Assembly (NCBI GenBank): GCA_031257915.1
Contig: JAIRNR010000003.1
Location: forward strand, 7,670 to 71,669
Length of the DNA stretch: 64,000 nucleotides
DNA from: Bacteroidales bacterium
GTDB taxonomy: Bacteria > Bacteroidota > Bacteroidia > Bacteroidales > P3
Direction of reading: 5' to 3'
The position numbers and the translations under genes were made by a program. Positions 1 to 8,040 of the stretch are shown here, in pieces (positions within the stretch are counted from its first letter, which is position 1; every line of letters starts with the position of its first letter). The notes beneath the pieces were generated by a model that worked only from the letters and a program-made list of their open reading frames with translations, did no database searches and was not told the origin of the DNA.

Positions 1-106
1 CATGTTCTACCGAGATTACTCCGCTAATGTCCATATATCCGCCGTATTCCGCGTTATACCATTTAGCGGTAAATTTTCTTCCGTTTAATTTCATTAAGTT
101 TTTCAT
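1..106 (-). CDS. hypothetical protein, 5' part only (gene continues beyond the left window edge)
   Basis: Minus-strand frame is open from ATG at 106..104 (MKNLMKLNGRKFTAKWYNAEYGGYMDISGVISVEH...) to position 1. Absent from the ORF track because it is truncated. No family recognised. Confidence 0.35.
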   Translation of the reverse strand, partial: MKNLMKLNGRKFTAKWYNAEYGGYMDISGVISVEH

Positions 107-118
107 AGATTTATGTTT

Positions 119-358
119 TTAGAGATTATTATTTGTAAGAGCATACGTTATCTTAAATCCCTGCGGGTCACAACCTCTAAGGATGTGTTGCCGCTTCTTG
201 TATTGAAGCAACGCAAACGGTCCGCGTTCAATCTCGCGCCCAAGATAAAACAGTGCGCCAATATCGCTCTTTCGCTTGTCGTGCGGCATGTTCGGTATGT
301 AACCATACTTCCTATGGTAACCAAACTGTTGTTCCTGTGTTATAGGTGTAGATTTCAT
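119..358 (-). CDS. hypothetical small protein of the integrated element
   Basis: 79-aa ORF packed head-to-tail with the neighbouring minus-strand small genes. No recognisable motif. Confidence 0.35.
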   Translation of the reverse strand: MKSTPITQEQQFGYHRKYGYIPNMPHDKRKSDIGALFYLGREIERGPFALLQYKKRQHILRGCDPQGFKITYALTNNNL

Positions 359-360
359 AT

Positions 361-771
361 CTATTTTTGCTTTGCGGCTTCTATTAAAAAATCAATTTCA
401 CTGTCAGTGATCTTGAGTCTTAATGCGCGTTTCAGGGTTATTGCGCCTTTACGCCCCAGCTGGCTAACGACGCATTCATATATCCGTATATCGCCCAATT
501 TTTCATATAAGCACAATAATCCACCACACAAATCTTCGATTTCCTTATTGTGCTTTTTAATTAGTTCGCTGTGGGTGTCGAGGTGCGTACCCATTTCAAT
601 AGGGAAGTCCTTGCGGATGTTTTCCGCCATTTTTTCAAAATCGCCGCGAAAACATTCGGCGAAGTAGCCGTCCATTTCAATCAGCGACTTGATTGCTGCG
701 ATTTCTTCTTCTTTTGTCTTTGTTTTCATATTTTTTTTTATTTTAGTTATCTTTATTGTCTTTATTGTCAC
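361..771 (-). CDS. hypothetical protein of the integrated element (more likely start is the internal Met at 729)
   Basis: 136-aa ORF. The internal start MKTKTKEEE at about 729 removes the overlap with the upstream gene. Same strand and tight packing with its neighbours. Confidence 0.45.
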   Translation of the reverse strand: MTIKTIKITKIKKNMKTKTKEEEIAAIKSLIEMDGYFAECFRGDFEKMAENIRKDFPIEMGTHLDTHSELIKKHNKEIEDLCGGLLCLYEKLGDIRIYECVVSQLGRKGAITLKRALRLKITDSEIDFLIEAAKQK

Positions 772-1051
772 GCATTAACTGCATTGCGTGATTATAATCG
801 CATTTTACCTTTCGTCCCATCTGGATGATAGCAGGCTCAATCCATCCCTCTTTGCGGTATAACCAGAACTGAGTCGGCGATATATCAAGTGCGCGACATA
901 TATTAGAGACTCCGTGAACATAACGCTTTTTGTTATTTTGCGTAATATTGCTACCCTGTAATGCCGCCGATATTTCCCTGCGGACAACACTTTTAATCTC
1001 ATCCATTAACCCATCAACTGGCAGTGATATTGATATTACACTATTATTCAT
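743..1051 (-). CDS. excisionase-like / MerR-AlpA type helix-turn-helix DNA-binding protein
   Basis: The segment VSNICRALDISPTQFWLYRKEGWIEPAIIQMGRKVKCD resembles the HTH_17/excisionase pattern (HTH followed by a 'G-R-K/R-hydrophobic' wing). It lies in an integrase-bearing element. Confidence 0.5.
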   Translation of the reverse strand: MNNSVISISLPVDGLMDEIKSVVRREISAALQGSNITQNNKKRYVHGVSNICRALDISPTQFWLYRKEGWIEPAIIQMGRKVKCDYNHAMQLMRDNKDNKDN

Positions 1052-1242
1052 AATAGCCCCTCCCTTCTCATTATCTCATCAGCTTCTTTGCGCATTTTCC
1101 ATGCGCGAATGGTCTCACTCTTTTCCAGCATATAAGACACCGTAAATATTGGCATGCCGTGTTTTTGGCTCAGCTCAGTCGCTACGCCACGAGGATACCT
1201 TCTCTCTTTGTGTTCCTTTGTTCTTTTTTGTTTTTTTTTCAT
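1048..1242 (-). CDS. small basic protein, hypothetical (start taken at the internal Met)
   Basis: MKKKQKRTKEHKERRYPRGVATELSQKHGM... has a 4-nt overlap with the downstream gene. An A9 tract directly follows the ATG (plus-strand T9 at 1231-1239). Confidence 0.4.
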   Translation of the reverse strand: MKKKQKRTKEHKERRYPRGVATELSQKHGMPIFTVSYMLEKSETIRAWKMRKEADEIMRREGLL

Positions 1243-1376
1243 TATATTTGTTTTTTTATTTGTGTTACTAATAATCAAAATTAAGTAAGCATAAAAATCA
1301 ATACGCAAAATTAAACAAAAATAAACAAAAAAACAAATAGTTTATATCATATTGTATATCAGTTAATTATTTTATT

Positions 1377-1751
1377 ATGGAAACTCCACAACAGCGACTG
1401 AACAAGGTTTTAGTCCATTTAAAGATGGATAAATCCAATCTATCAAAGGAATTGGGCAGTCATCCCATGACGCTTCAAAGTATCTCTAATGGAAGAAATA
1501 AGAAGATTACCCCCAAAGTAGCGGAAAAAATAGTCGCAAAGCACCCCGAAATAAATTACGAGTGGCTTGTAACAGGCACAGGTAATATGCTTGTCAATAA
1601 AGGCGAAGTAAGTAACAGTATTATTGGCGATGGTAATGGGCATAGAATATCCCCCGATAATAGTGATAGATGGATTTCGTTATTAGAGAATAAGGATAAG
1701 CAGATAGACAAGTTAATATCACTGCTTGAAAAAGCACAAAATTCTAAATAA
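1377..1751 (+). CDS. XRE/Cro-CI-like helix-turn-helix regulator of the element
   Basis: LNKVLVHLKMDKSNLSKELGSHPMTLQSISNGRNKKITPKVAEKI is an HTH_3-like layout. The gene is divergent from the minus-strand gene block, a repressor-like position. Confidence 0.6.
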   Translation: METPQQRLNKVLVHLKMDKSNLSKELGSHPMTLQSISNGRNKKITPKVAEKIVAKHPEINYEWLVTGTGNMLVNKGEVSNSIIGDGNGHRISPDNSDRWISLLENKDKQIDKLISLLEKAQNSK

Positions 1752-1759
1752 ATAAAACA

Positions 1760-2263
1760 ATGAAGAATAAATTACTGTTAGCGTTTATCGGGCTACTTAT
1801 CTATGGTGCTATTTCCGCGCAAGACACTATTAGAGATCCATACAACTCATCTTATATAAGAATAAACTATGATGGTTTTTCCATTATATCCCACGATGAA
1901 CCGCAAATCAAACCCTTTGACGGTGGCATAGATGACGCTATCAATACGTTTTTAGAATCTGCAAAAAGACAATTAGGCGGAAGAAATAGATATAATGAGA
2001 TAAATAAAGATTATATACGTTTTTCTGAGCAAAAATACTGCTACCTGCAAGACATAGACAGAATTACGATACATAAAAGAGAACGTAGTACTTATATTGG
2101 CAAACATAAAAAAGAATACGGTTACTACGTTATTAAATTCAGAAATCCTGTAACAGACAGAGAGGATGTATTGGAGTTTGCCTTGAGCCAAAAAAGTACA
2201 GCAGAAAATGTTTTTTCGGCATTGGTGCTTCTCATTAAAAACGCAAAGGGTATAACGCAATGA
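1760..2263 (+). CDS. secreted hypothetical protein (element cargo)
   Basis: N-terminal signal peptide MKNKLLLAFIGLLIYGAISAQ. No family recognised. Confidence 0.5.
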   Translation: MKNKLLLAFIGLLIYGAISAQDTIRDPYNSSYIRINYDGFSIISHDEPQIKPFDGGIDDAINTFLESAKRQLGGRNRYNEINKDYIRFSEQKYCYLQDIDRITIHKRERSTYIGKHKKEYGYYVIKFRNPVTDREDVLEFALSQKSTAENVFSALVLLIKNAKGITQ

Positions 2264-2287
2264 TGATACGTAAACAAAGTTTAATAT

Positions 2288-2794
2288 ATGAAAAAGATAT
2301 TATTATTTACATTCGTCGCAACGGCAATATTATTCGCCTGCGAAAAAGAGAAGCCACAAAAAGATAAACAACCCAATTATCTATACGGCACACATTGGCA
2401 GCAGGATTCGGTTGCTGCTAATATTTTTTGGCAATACGATACCTCATCTTCATTGTATTTTATAACAGAGGATAAGGTGGTACACACCCGAATGATATTG
2501 GTGGATACGGCGGGTCGAGGCTTCGGCTATTACACGGTGATGACCGACACCGTTAAATATCGAATAATAGAAACGATTGATACTACGAGTCAAACATTTT
2601 ACATTGAGGGGTATTATCACAGGCAGATACATCCATTCCGCAACGATTACACAAAAATTGATACGGCTTATCTCTGTGTATTAGATATACAGAAAGAGCG
2701 ATTACGGAAATCTGTTACCACGTACATAATACTGTCTTCGTATGACAGGAACGCACAATATTGGCCATGGGTGTTCTACAGAAAAAAGCAGTAG
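2288..2794 (+). CDS. putative lipoprotein (element cargo)
   Basis: Signal peptide with lipobox LFAC. A decayed second copy lies at 6625-6973. Confidence 0.55.
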   Translation: MKKILLFTFVATAILFACEKEKPQKDKQPNYLYGTHWQQDSVAANIFWQYDTSSSLYFITEDKVVHTRMILVDTAGRGFGYYTVMTDTVKYRIIETIDTTSQTFYIEGYYHRQIHPFRNDYTKIDTAYLCVLDIQKERLRKSVTTYIILSSYDRNAQYWPWVFYRKKQ

Positions 2795-2798
2795 CGCA

Positions 2799-4079
2799 AT
2801 GCCGATAAAACGTCACGAGCAATTCATTCCTGACACAGAGAAAGGCAATGCCGCAGACGGCAAATTGCGCTACCGTATCCGATGGGGGCGCAATATCGTT
2901 AATTTCAATCTCGGATACAGGGTAGAGTTTAAGAAGTGGAGTTATGATACGCAGCGGTGCAAGAATGGCACAACGCATGGAAAAAGGAAAATATCCGCCG
3001 CGATTATAAACAGGGCGATAAATAAATTTGAGCGGGCGACGGAACATGTTTTTAATTCTTTTGAGATTAAGGGCAAAATGCCCGATTTGCCGTCCTTTCG
3101 CGCGGAGTTTAATAAATGTATTGGGCGGACAAAAACAGTTCCGCAAATCGCGCCAGATAACTTTTTCGGTATATGGGATGAATTCCAAAAAACAATGGGC
3201 AATAAAAATAATTGGACTGTTGCAACGTATGCAAAGTTTCGTTCTATATTGAGGCACATAAAAGAGTATGACAGGAATACAAGCATTGATGATATAGATG
3301 ATAATTACCTGCAGGGATTTGTGTCTCATCAATTGACAGTGCCGCTGCGGAATAGCACGATACAAAAAAACCTTTCTTTCGTGCGGTGGTTTCTGCGATG
3401 GGCATACAATAATGATTATTATAAAGGAAAGTCGCACGAGACGTTCCGTCCTCGATTGAAAGGTGCTACGGGTAATGTCCGCACGGTGGTGTATCTTACA
3501 TGGCAAGAGTTGCAGCATTTATACTCTTTTCGTTTTTCGCGGCAGTGTCTTGAACAGGTGAGGGATGTTTTTTGTTTTTGTTGTTTTACCGGACTGCGTT
3601 ATTCAGACGTAAAGAAACTCCGCAAGACGGATATAAGAGATAAATATTTTGATGTCGTAACGCAAAAGACGGCAGAGGCATTGAGGATAGAGTTTAATAA
3701 TTTCAGTAAGACAATAATAAATAAATATTGGAACGAGCCACTGAAAAATGATTGCGCGTTACCCGTTATCAGTAATGCTAAAATGAATTTATTCCTCAAG
3801 GATATGGCGCGTATTGCGGGAATTGACAGTCCGCAGAGAATGGTATATTTTACGGGGAGTACTCGGCATGAAGACGTGTATCCGAAGTGGCAGTTAATAA
3901 CGACGCACTGCGGCAGGCGTACTTTTATCGTCAATGCGTTATATCTGGGCATTAGCGCGGAAGTTGTAATGAAGTGGACGGGTCACGCGGATTATAAGGC
4001 GATGAAACCATATATTGAGATTGTGGACTCGCTAAAAGAAAGGGAAATGATGAAGTTTAATAGTTTTATTCCTGATTAG
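2799..4079 (+). CDS. tyrosine-type site-specific recombinase / integrase (Bacteroidetes phage-integrase family)
   Basis: C-terminal catalytic-domain pattern: CFTGLRYSDV (Arg I), HCGRRTF (His-x-x-Arg), WTGHADYKAMKPY (His/Tyr region). Start set at the MPIKRHEQF Met at 2799, just after the stop of the upstream gene. Confidence 0.9.
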   Translation: MPIKRHEQFIPDTEKGNAADGKLRYRIRWGRNIVNFNLGYRVEFKKWSYDTQRCKNGTTHGKRKISAAIINRAINKFERATEHVFNSFEIKGKMPDLPSFRAEFNKCIGRTKTVPQIAPDNFFGIWDEFQKTMGNKNNWTVATYAKFRSILRHIKEYDRNTSIDDIDDNYLQGFVSHQLTVPLRNSTIQKNLSFVRWFLRWAYNNDYYKGKSHETFRPRLKGATGNVRTVVYLTWQELQHLYSFRFSRQCLEQVRDVFCFCCFTGLRYSDVKKLRKTDIRDKYFDVVTQKTAEALRIEFNNFSKTIINKYWNEPLKNDCALPVISNAKMNLFLKDMARIAGIDSPQRMVYFTGSTRHEDVYPKWQLITTHCGRRTFIVNALYLGISAEVVMKWTGHADYKAMKPYIEIVDSLKEREMMKFNSFIPD

Positions 4080-4145
4080 TCCCCGATACGAAAAACGGGG
4101 ACTAAAATAGCGTGGCGTAATAAATCCCAATGAACCCTAATGAAT

Positions 4146-4234
4146 GAAAAATGTAAAATTTTAATAACTTTGCCGTCAAATAAACTGTAATAAATCCTAA
4201 TGAACAATGGGGCGCAGTGCGTTATGCTCCACAA
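4146..4234 (+). repeat. about 88-bp direct repeat, copy 1 of the prs-upstream segment (partner at 6990-7074)
   Basis: GAAAAATGTAAAATTTTAATAACTTTGCCGTCAAATAAACTGTAATAAATCCTAA...GCTCCACAA appears at both places with a few substitutions and a 5-nt indel. Confidence 0.8.
4165..4172 (+). promoter_or_regulatory. Bacteroidetes -7 box TAACTTTG (duplicated copy of the prs promoter box)
   Basis: Matches the TAnnTTTG consensus and is identical to the box at 7009-7016. Confidence 0.4.
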
Positions 4235-4267
4235 ACGAAAAATACTGCAAATACAGCAGCAACAAAG

Positions 4268-4299
4268 GAAAGACGGCAGATTTTAGCCGTCTTTTTTAT
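4268..4299 (+). terminator. rho-independent terminator
   Basis: AAGACGGC-agatttta-GCCGTCTT hairpin followed by a T6 run. Confidence 0.55.
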
Positions 4300-4479
4300 T
4301 GCCCGTTTTTGCAAGAAAAAATGAAAATTGTACCTTTGGAGTGAAAAATCGCAATTTTTTCGCAATTATTTTTAAGAAGGCAAAATCATGGCTACTTGGA
4401 ATAGATTTAACAAATTTTATTGTAGAGGCGGGCAAAACAAAAACTGCGACCGCAACGAAAAGAGATTATTAAAATATAA

Positions 4480-4758
4480 CTACAATTTAAGCAGTTCGGA
4501 ATGTGTGCCTGTGCGCACCGCTGTTAGTATCAATTCTTTTGAGTTAAGCATATATATCAAAAGCCAATCCGTCTCTATATGACACTCCCTGAATCCTTTA
4601 TAGTTTCCTTCAAGTTGATGGTCCTTATACTTTAAATCCAACTTCTTCCCCGCCGCTATAGTTGAGATAACGTCTCGTAAGACGTCTTCTGACTTTCCTT
4701 GTTTTATGATTTTACGAAAATCCTTTTTGAATTGATGTGTGAAGACAACCCTGTACAA
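4480..4758 (-). CDS. yafQ: type II toxin, YafQ/RelE-family mRNA interferase
   Basis: YKDHQLEGNYKGFRECHIETDWLLIYMLNSKELILTAVRTGTHSELL closely parallels the E. coli YafQ signature YKDHPLQG..YRDAHVEPDWILIYK...RTGTH. Confidence 0.85.
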   Translation of the reverse strand: MYRVVFTHQFKKDFRKIIKQGKSEDVLRDVISTIAAGKKLDLKYKDHQLEGNYKGFRECHIETDWLLIYMLNSKELILTAVRTGTHSELLKL

Positions 4759-4761
4759 TTA

Positions 4762-4998
4762 TTATTTTTTTAAAGCGTTAAACATTTCCTCAACAGAGTT
4801 AAAAGGCTCACTGACATTTCTGTTCAACATGGCGTCATTCATCGCAGAAACAGTTGTTGAATTAAATTCTTTGTTCGCTGTCTTCTCTGTTGAATTGATA
4901 ATATCCCTGATAAGGCGCGTTCTGTCTTTCTCGGATAGCCGATACACCATATCTCTTACAGCGTTATAGTTTGAATATTGCTGTGCCAATGTTCCCAT
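4762..4998 (-). CDS. putative cognate antitoxin
   Basis: 78-aa ORF 3 nt upstream of the toxin gene on the same strand. A TATATTTG -7 box lies upstream on the minus strand (about 5050-5065). Confidence 0.55.
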   Translation of the reverse strand: MGTLAQQYSNYNAVRDMVYRLSEKDRTRLIRDIINSTEKTANKEFNSTTVSAMNDAMLNRNVSEPFNSVEEMFNALKK

Positions 4999-5103
4999 GA
5001 TTGTTTGAGGTTATTTATGGTTTTAGTTGTAGTTTGATTGTATTTTAGTTGCACAAATATACGAAAATATGTAAAAAACACGAAAGTTTGTGCTTTTGGG
5101 TGC

Positions 5104-5305
5104 AGGGCAAACCTTAAGTTTACAGTGAAATAAAAACTGGGGGTTAAATTTTTACTTTTGTTGTATTAAAGTAAGAAATTAACCAACTAACAGAGGTAAA
5201 CTATCAGGTATTTATAACACTTATTCTTTAATGAAAATTTATAAAGATTTGCGGTTGTAATTTATTTGTTATCAGCAAATAAACTTGTTTAAATGCGTTA
5301 GCCCT
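5104..5305. repeat. MITE-like repeat, long variant (arm AGGGCAAACCTTAAG at 5104-5118, inverted arm TTTAAATGCGTTAGCCCT at 5288-5305)
   Basis: The right-hand ~95 bp are about 85-90 percent identical by eye to the element at 37224-37332. The left arm matches the arms at 37765 and 50475. Confidence 0.6.
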
Positions 5306-5475
5306 GATCCTTTTGCGTTTCTTTGATATTTTTTATTCTTTTTTCATTATATTTGTTTTTTATTTGTATTACGAATAAGCAAAATCAAGCAAATATAAAA
5401 ATCAATACGCAAAATCAAACAAAAACAACCAAAAAAGCAAATAGTTTGTATTGTACATCAATTAATTATTTTATT

Positions 5476-5613
5476 ATGGAAACTCCACAACAGCGACTGG
5501 ATAAGGTTTTAGTCCATCGATAATAGCGATAGATGAATTTCGCTATTAGAGAATAAGGATAAACAGATAGACAGGATAATATCGCTACTTGAAAAAGCAC
5601 AAACTTTTAAATA
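5476..5613 (+). pseudogene. remnant of the XRE-like regulator gene (internal ~230-bp deletion removes the HTH)
   Basis: METPQQRLDKVLVH is identical in style to the 1377 gene, then reaches a premature stop. The 3' end (…LLEKAQ…K*) is retained out of context. Confidence 0.75.
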
Positions 5614-5614
5614 A

Positions 5615-6622
5615 ATGAATATGATAGCGTCAACACTGCAATCTCTCGCACAAAAATCGCGTGAGTATAACAGCTACATGAAAACAGAAGAGGCAACTAA
5701 AACGGTGCTTGTATTGCCATTCATCCAAGCGTTAGGATGGGATATTTTCAATCCTAAGGAATTAATACCCGAAATGGTTATAGATAAAAGGAAAGGCGAT
5801 AAGATTGATTATACCATAATGCTGAATGATAAACCCGCTATACTTATAGAATGTAAGCAGTGCGGCGCAAATTTATCACTGTATTACGGACAGATACGGA
5901 ATTATTTCTATATGTCGGAGGCAAGGCTTGGAATACTTACTAATGGGATAATATATCAATTTTACACCGACTTAGACAGAGATAACGTAATGGACGACAA
6001 ACCATTCTTTGAATTTAATTTATTGAATATGAGTAATAGCGATGTTGAATATCTCACACATTTTCAAAAAACAAAATTCAGTATAGATCATTTTGCGGAA
6101 TTAAAAACAATAAATACAATTAAACAGGTAGCGCAAAGGGAATTTAATAATCCAAGTCGCGAATTTGTGCAACTGCTCTGCCGGTCGGTATCCACATTCA
6201 CAGTGAAAGAGGCAGCGAAATATTCAGCGTTTGTGAAAATAGCGATAAACGACATTATTGGATGTGCTATTCCGCCACCGCGCCAATTAGAAGAAAAATT
6301 AATAAATATTAAATTACAGGCGTTTGACATAATAAAGTCCATTTTAAGTAAGATAGTTAACCCTGATGAGATGGCGTACAATGATAATATTTCTCATTTT
6401 TCAATACGCATAAACAGTGAGAAAAATATTAAAAAAGAATGGATATGCAGACTGTATTTTAATGATAATGGAAAACGAAACCTTGTCTTCAAGCTCGACC
6501 CAAATATCCCGCGCGTCGGAACGAACAATAGCAAGAAACTTGATAGCATAAAACTTAAAGATATTGATGACATAAGAAGATATTCCGACAGAATAATAAT
6601 GGAAGCCAAAAAATATATCTGA
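5615..6622 (+). CDS. HsdR-N-terminal-like (restriction endonuclease-fold) domain protein
   Basis: N-terminal TEEATKTVLVLPFIQALGWDIFNPKELIPEMVIDKRKGDKIDYTIMLNDKPAILIECKQ matches my recollection of the HSDR_N_2 / PD-(D/E)xK pattern (D...ExK). It occupies the slot that holds the 1760-2263 cargo gene in copy 1. Confidence 0.55.
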   Translation: MNMIASTLQSLAQKSREYNSYMKTEEATKTVLVLPFIQALGWDIFNPKELIPEMVIDKRKGDKIDYTIMLNDKPAILIECKQCGANLSLYYGQIRNYFYMSEARLGILTNGIIYQFYTDLDRDNVMDDKPFFEFNLLNMSNSDVEYLTHFQKTKFSIDHFAELKTINTIKQVAQREFNNPSREFVQLLCRSVSTFTVKEAAKYSAFVKIAINDIIGCAIPPPRQLEEKLINIKLQAFDIIKSILSKIVNPDEMAYNDNISHFSIRINSEKNIKKEWICRLYFNDNGKRNLVFKLDPNIPRVGTNNSKKLDSIKLKDIDDIRRYSDRIIMEAKKYI

Positions 6623-6624
6623 TT

Positions 6625-6973
6625 ATGAGAAAGGGCATGATATTTACATTCGTTGCAGCAACGTTATTGTTTGCCTGTGAAAAAGAGAAACCGCAAAAAG
6701 ATAAGCAACCTAATTATCTATACGGCACATATTGGCAGCAAGATTCGGTTGCTGCTGAACACTGCGAGTCAAACATTTTACACTGAGGGGTATTATCACA
6801 GGCAGATACATCCGTTTCGTAATGATTACACAAAAATTGATACGGCTTATCTCGGCGTATTAGATATACAGAAAGAGCGATTACGGAAATCTGTTACCAC
6901 GTATATAACGTTTTCTCCGTATGGCAGGAACATACAATATTGGCCATGGGTGTTCTACAAGAAAAAGCAATAA
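6625..6973 (+). pseudogene. frameshifted, internally deleted copy of the 2288-2794 lipoprotein gene
   Basis: The N-terminal frame MRKGMIFTFVAATLLFACEKEKPQKDKQPNYLYGTYWQQDSVAA stops. The C-terminal 70 aa (YYHRQIHPFRNDYTKIDTAYL...WPWVFYKKKQ) continue in another frame. Confidence 0.8.
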
Positions 6974-6989
6974 CGCAAGCCGATAAAAC

Positions 6990-7074
6990 GAAAAATGTAA
7001 AATTTTAATAACTTTGCCGTCAAATAAACTGTAATAAATCCTAACGAAGAAAGGGGCACAGTGCTGCTCCACAA
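6990..7074 (+). repeat. about 85-bp direct repeat, copy 2 (immediately upstream of prs)
   Basis: See 4146-4234. Confidence 0.8.
7009..7016 (+). promoter_or_regulatory. candidate prs promoter -7 box TAACTTTG
   Basis: TAnnTTTG consensus about 70 nt upstream of the prs start. Confidence 0.45.
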
Positions 7075-7085
7075 TCCTGTTATTT

Positions 7086-8027
7086 ATGGTAGAGTCAAAA
7101 GTCAAAATTTTTTCAGGTCGCGCATCACATTATTTAGCGGAAAAAGTCGCTTCCGCTTACGGTGCGAAATTAGGCAAGTCGGATGTTATAACATTCTCGG
7201 ACGGCGAGTTTCAAACATCTTTTGAAGAAAATGTTCGCGGAGACGATATTTTTATCGTTCAATCGACATTTTCGCCAACTGAAAATCTTTTTGAGTTGCT
7301 TATGATGATTGATGCGGCAAAACGCGCTTCGGCACGTAAAATTATAGCCATTATCCCTTATTTCGGCTTTGCCCGTCAAGACCGTAAAGATAAGCCGCGT
7401 GTGCCGATTACGGCAAAACTTATTGCAAATTTGCTTACTGTTGCGGGGGTTTCGCGTATTGTTACAATTGATTTTCACGCCGACCAGATTCAAGGATTTT
7501 TTGAAACTCCGGTAGATCATCTTTATTCATCCTCTCTATTTATTCCTTATCTGCGCAAGCAAAAAATAACCGATTTAATGTTCGCTTCGCCCGATACGGG
7601 AGGAACAAAGCGTGCCGCCCAGTATGCAAAAATTTTTGATACGGGTTTTGCGATTTGTTATAAGCAGCGTTCACGTCCCAATGTTGTAGATAAAATGGAG
7701 TTGATAGGTGAGGTTCAAGGGCAGAATGTTATTTTACTTGACGATATTCTTGATACAGGCAATACGATGGTTAAAGCCGCAGATCTTATCATGAAATACG
7801 GTGCGGCGAGTGTACGCGCAATGGTAACGCATCCTGTTCTTTCTGACGACGCTATTGAAAAAGTTGAGAAGTCGTCAATATCGGAACTTATCGTCAGCGA
7901 CACTATTCCGCTTCGCAGGAAAAGTGAAAAAATAAAAGTGCTTTCCATAGCAGATTTGCTTGCGGAAGTTATAATGCGCGTTGAGAATTGTCAGAGTATT
8001 TCCGATTTATACAGTTTTAAAAAATAG
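7086..8027 (+). CDS. prs: ribose-phosphate pyrophosphokinase
   Basis: KIFSGRASHYLAEKVA..., GEFQTSFEENVRGDDIFIVQS, ARQDRKDKPRVPITAKL and a DTGNT PRPP loop. 313 aa. Confidence 0.95.
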   Translation: MVESKVKIFSGRASHYLAEKVASAYGAKLGKSDVITFSDGEFQTSFEENVRGDDIFIVQSTFSPTENLFELLMMIDAAKRASARKIIAIIPYFGFARQDRKDKPRVPITAKLIANLLTVAGVSRIVTIDFHADQIQGFFETPVDHLYSSSLFIPYLRKQKITDLMFASPDTGGTKRAAQYAKIFDTGFAICYKQRSRPNVVDKMELIGEVQGQNVILLDDILDTGNTMVKAADLIMKYGAASVRAMVTHPVLSDDAIEKVEKSSISELIVSDTIPLRRKSEKIKVLSIADLLAEVIMRVENCQSISDLYSFKK

Positions 8028-8040
8028 CGGCATACGCGCT

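Larger units (their letters stand above)
1..4135. mobile_element. integrative element, copy 1 (left end lies outside the window)
   Basis: Block of small regulator/excisionase-like genes, then cargo, then a terminal integrase. The proposed right end is the 19-bp GTAATAAATCCCAATGAAC at 4117-4135, which recurs at 4187-4205 and 7031-7049. Confidence 0.6.
5306..6988. mobile_element. decayed second copy of the integrative element (integrase deleted, regulator and lipoprotein genes broken)
   Basis: 5309-5520 is collinear with 1205-1430, 5523-5613 with 1655-1751, and 6625-6988 with 2288-2815. The integrase interval 2815-4146 is missing. Confidence 0.75.

Noticed and set aside
2715-3518. 267-aa minus-strand ORF opposite the integrase gene
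   Set aside because: It lies entirely antisense to a gene with clear tyrosine-recombinase motifs. Its composition is low-complexity and Ile/Arg-rich, typical of antisense reading of AT-rich coding DNA. The same reasoning applies to 38498-39106 (antisense to the UDP-xylose synthase gene), 22870-23316 (mnmE), 16268-16765 (the TPR gene), 19008-19448, 28198-28659, 14662-15102 and 113-667.
4388-4582. 64-aa plus-strand ORF downstream of the terminator
   Set aside because: It overlaps the 3' end of the well-supported yafQ-like gene on the opposite strand and has no recognisable features. It is probably spurious.
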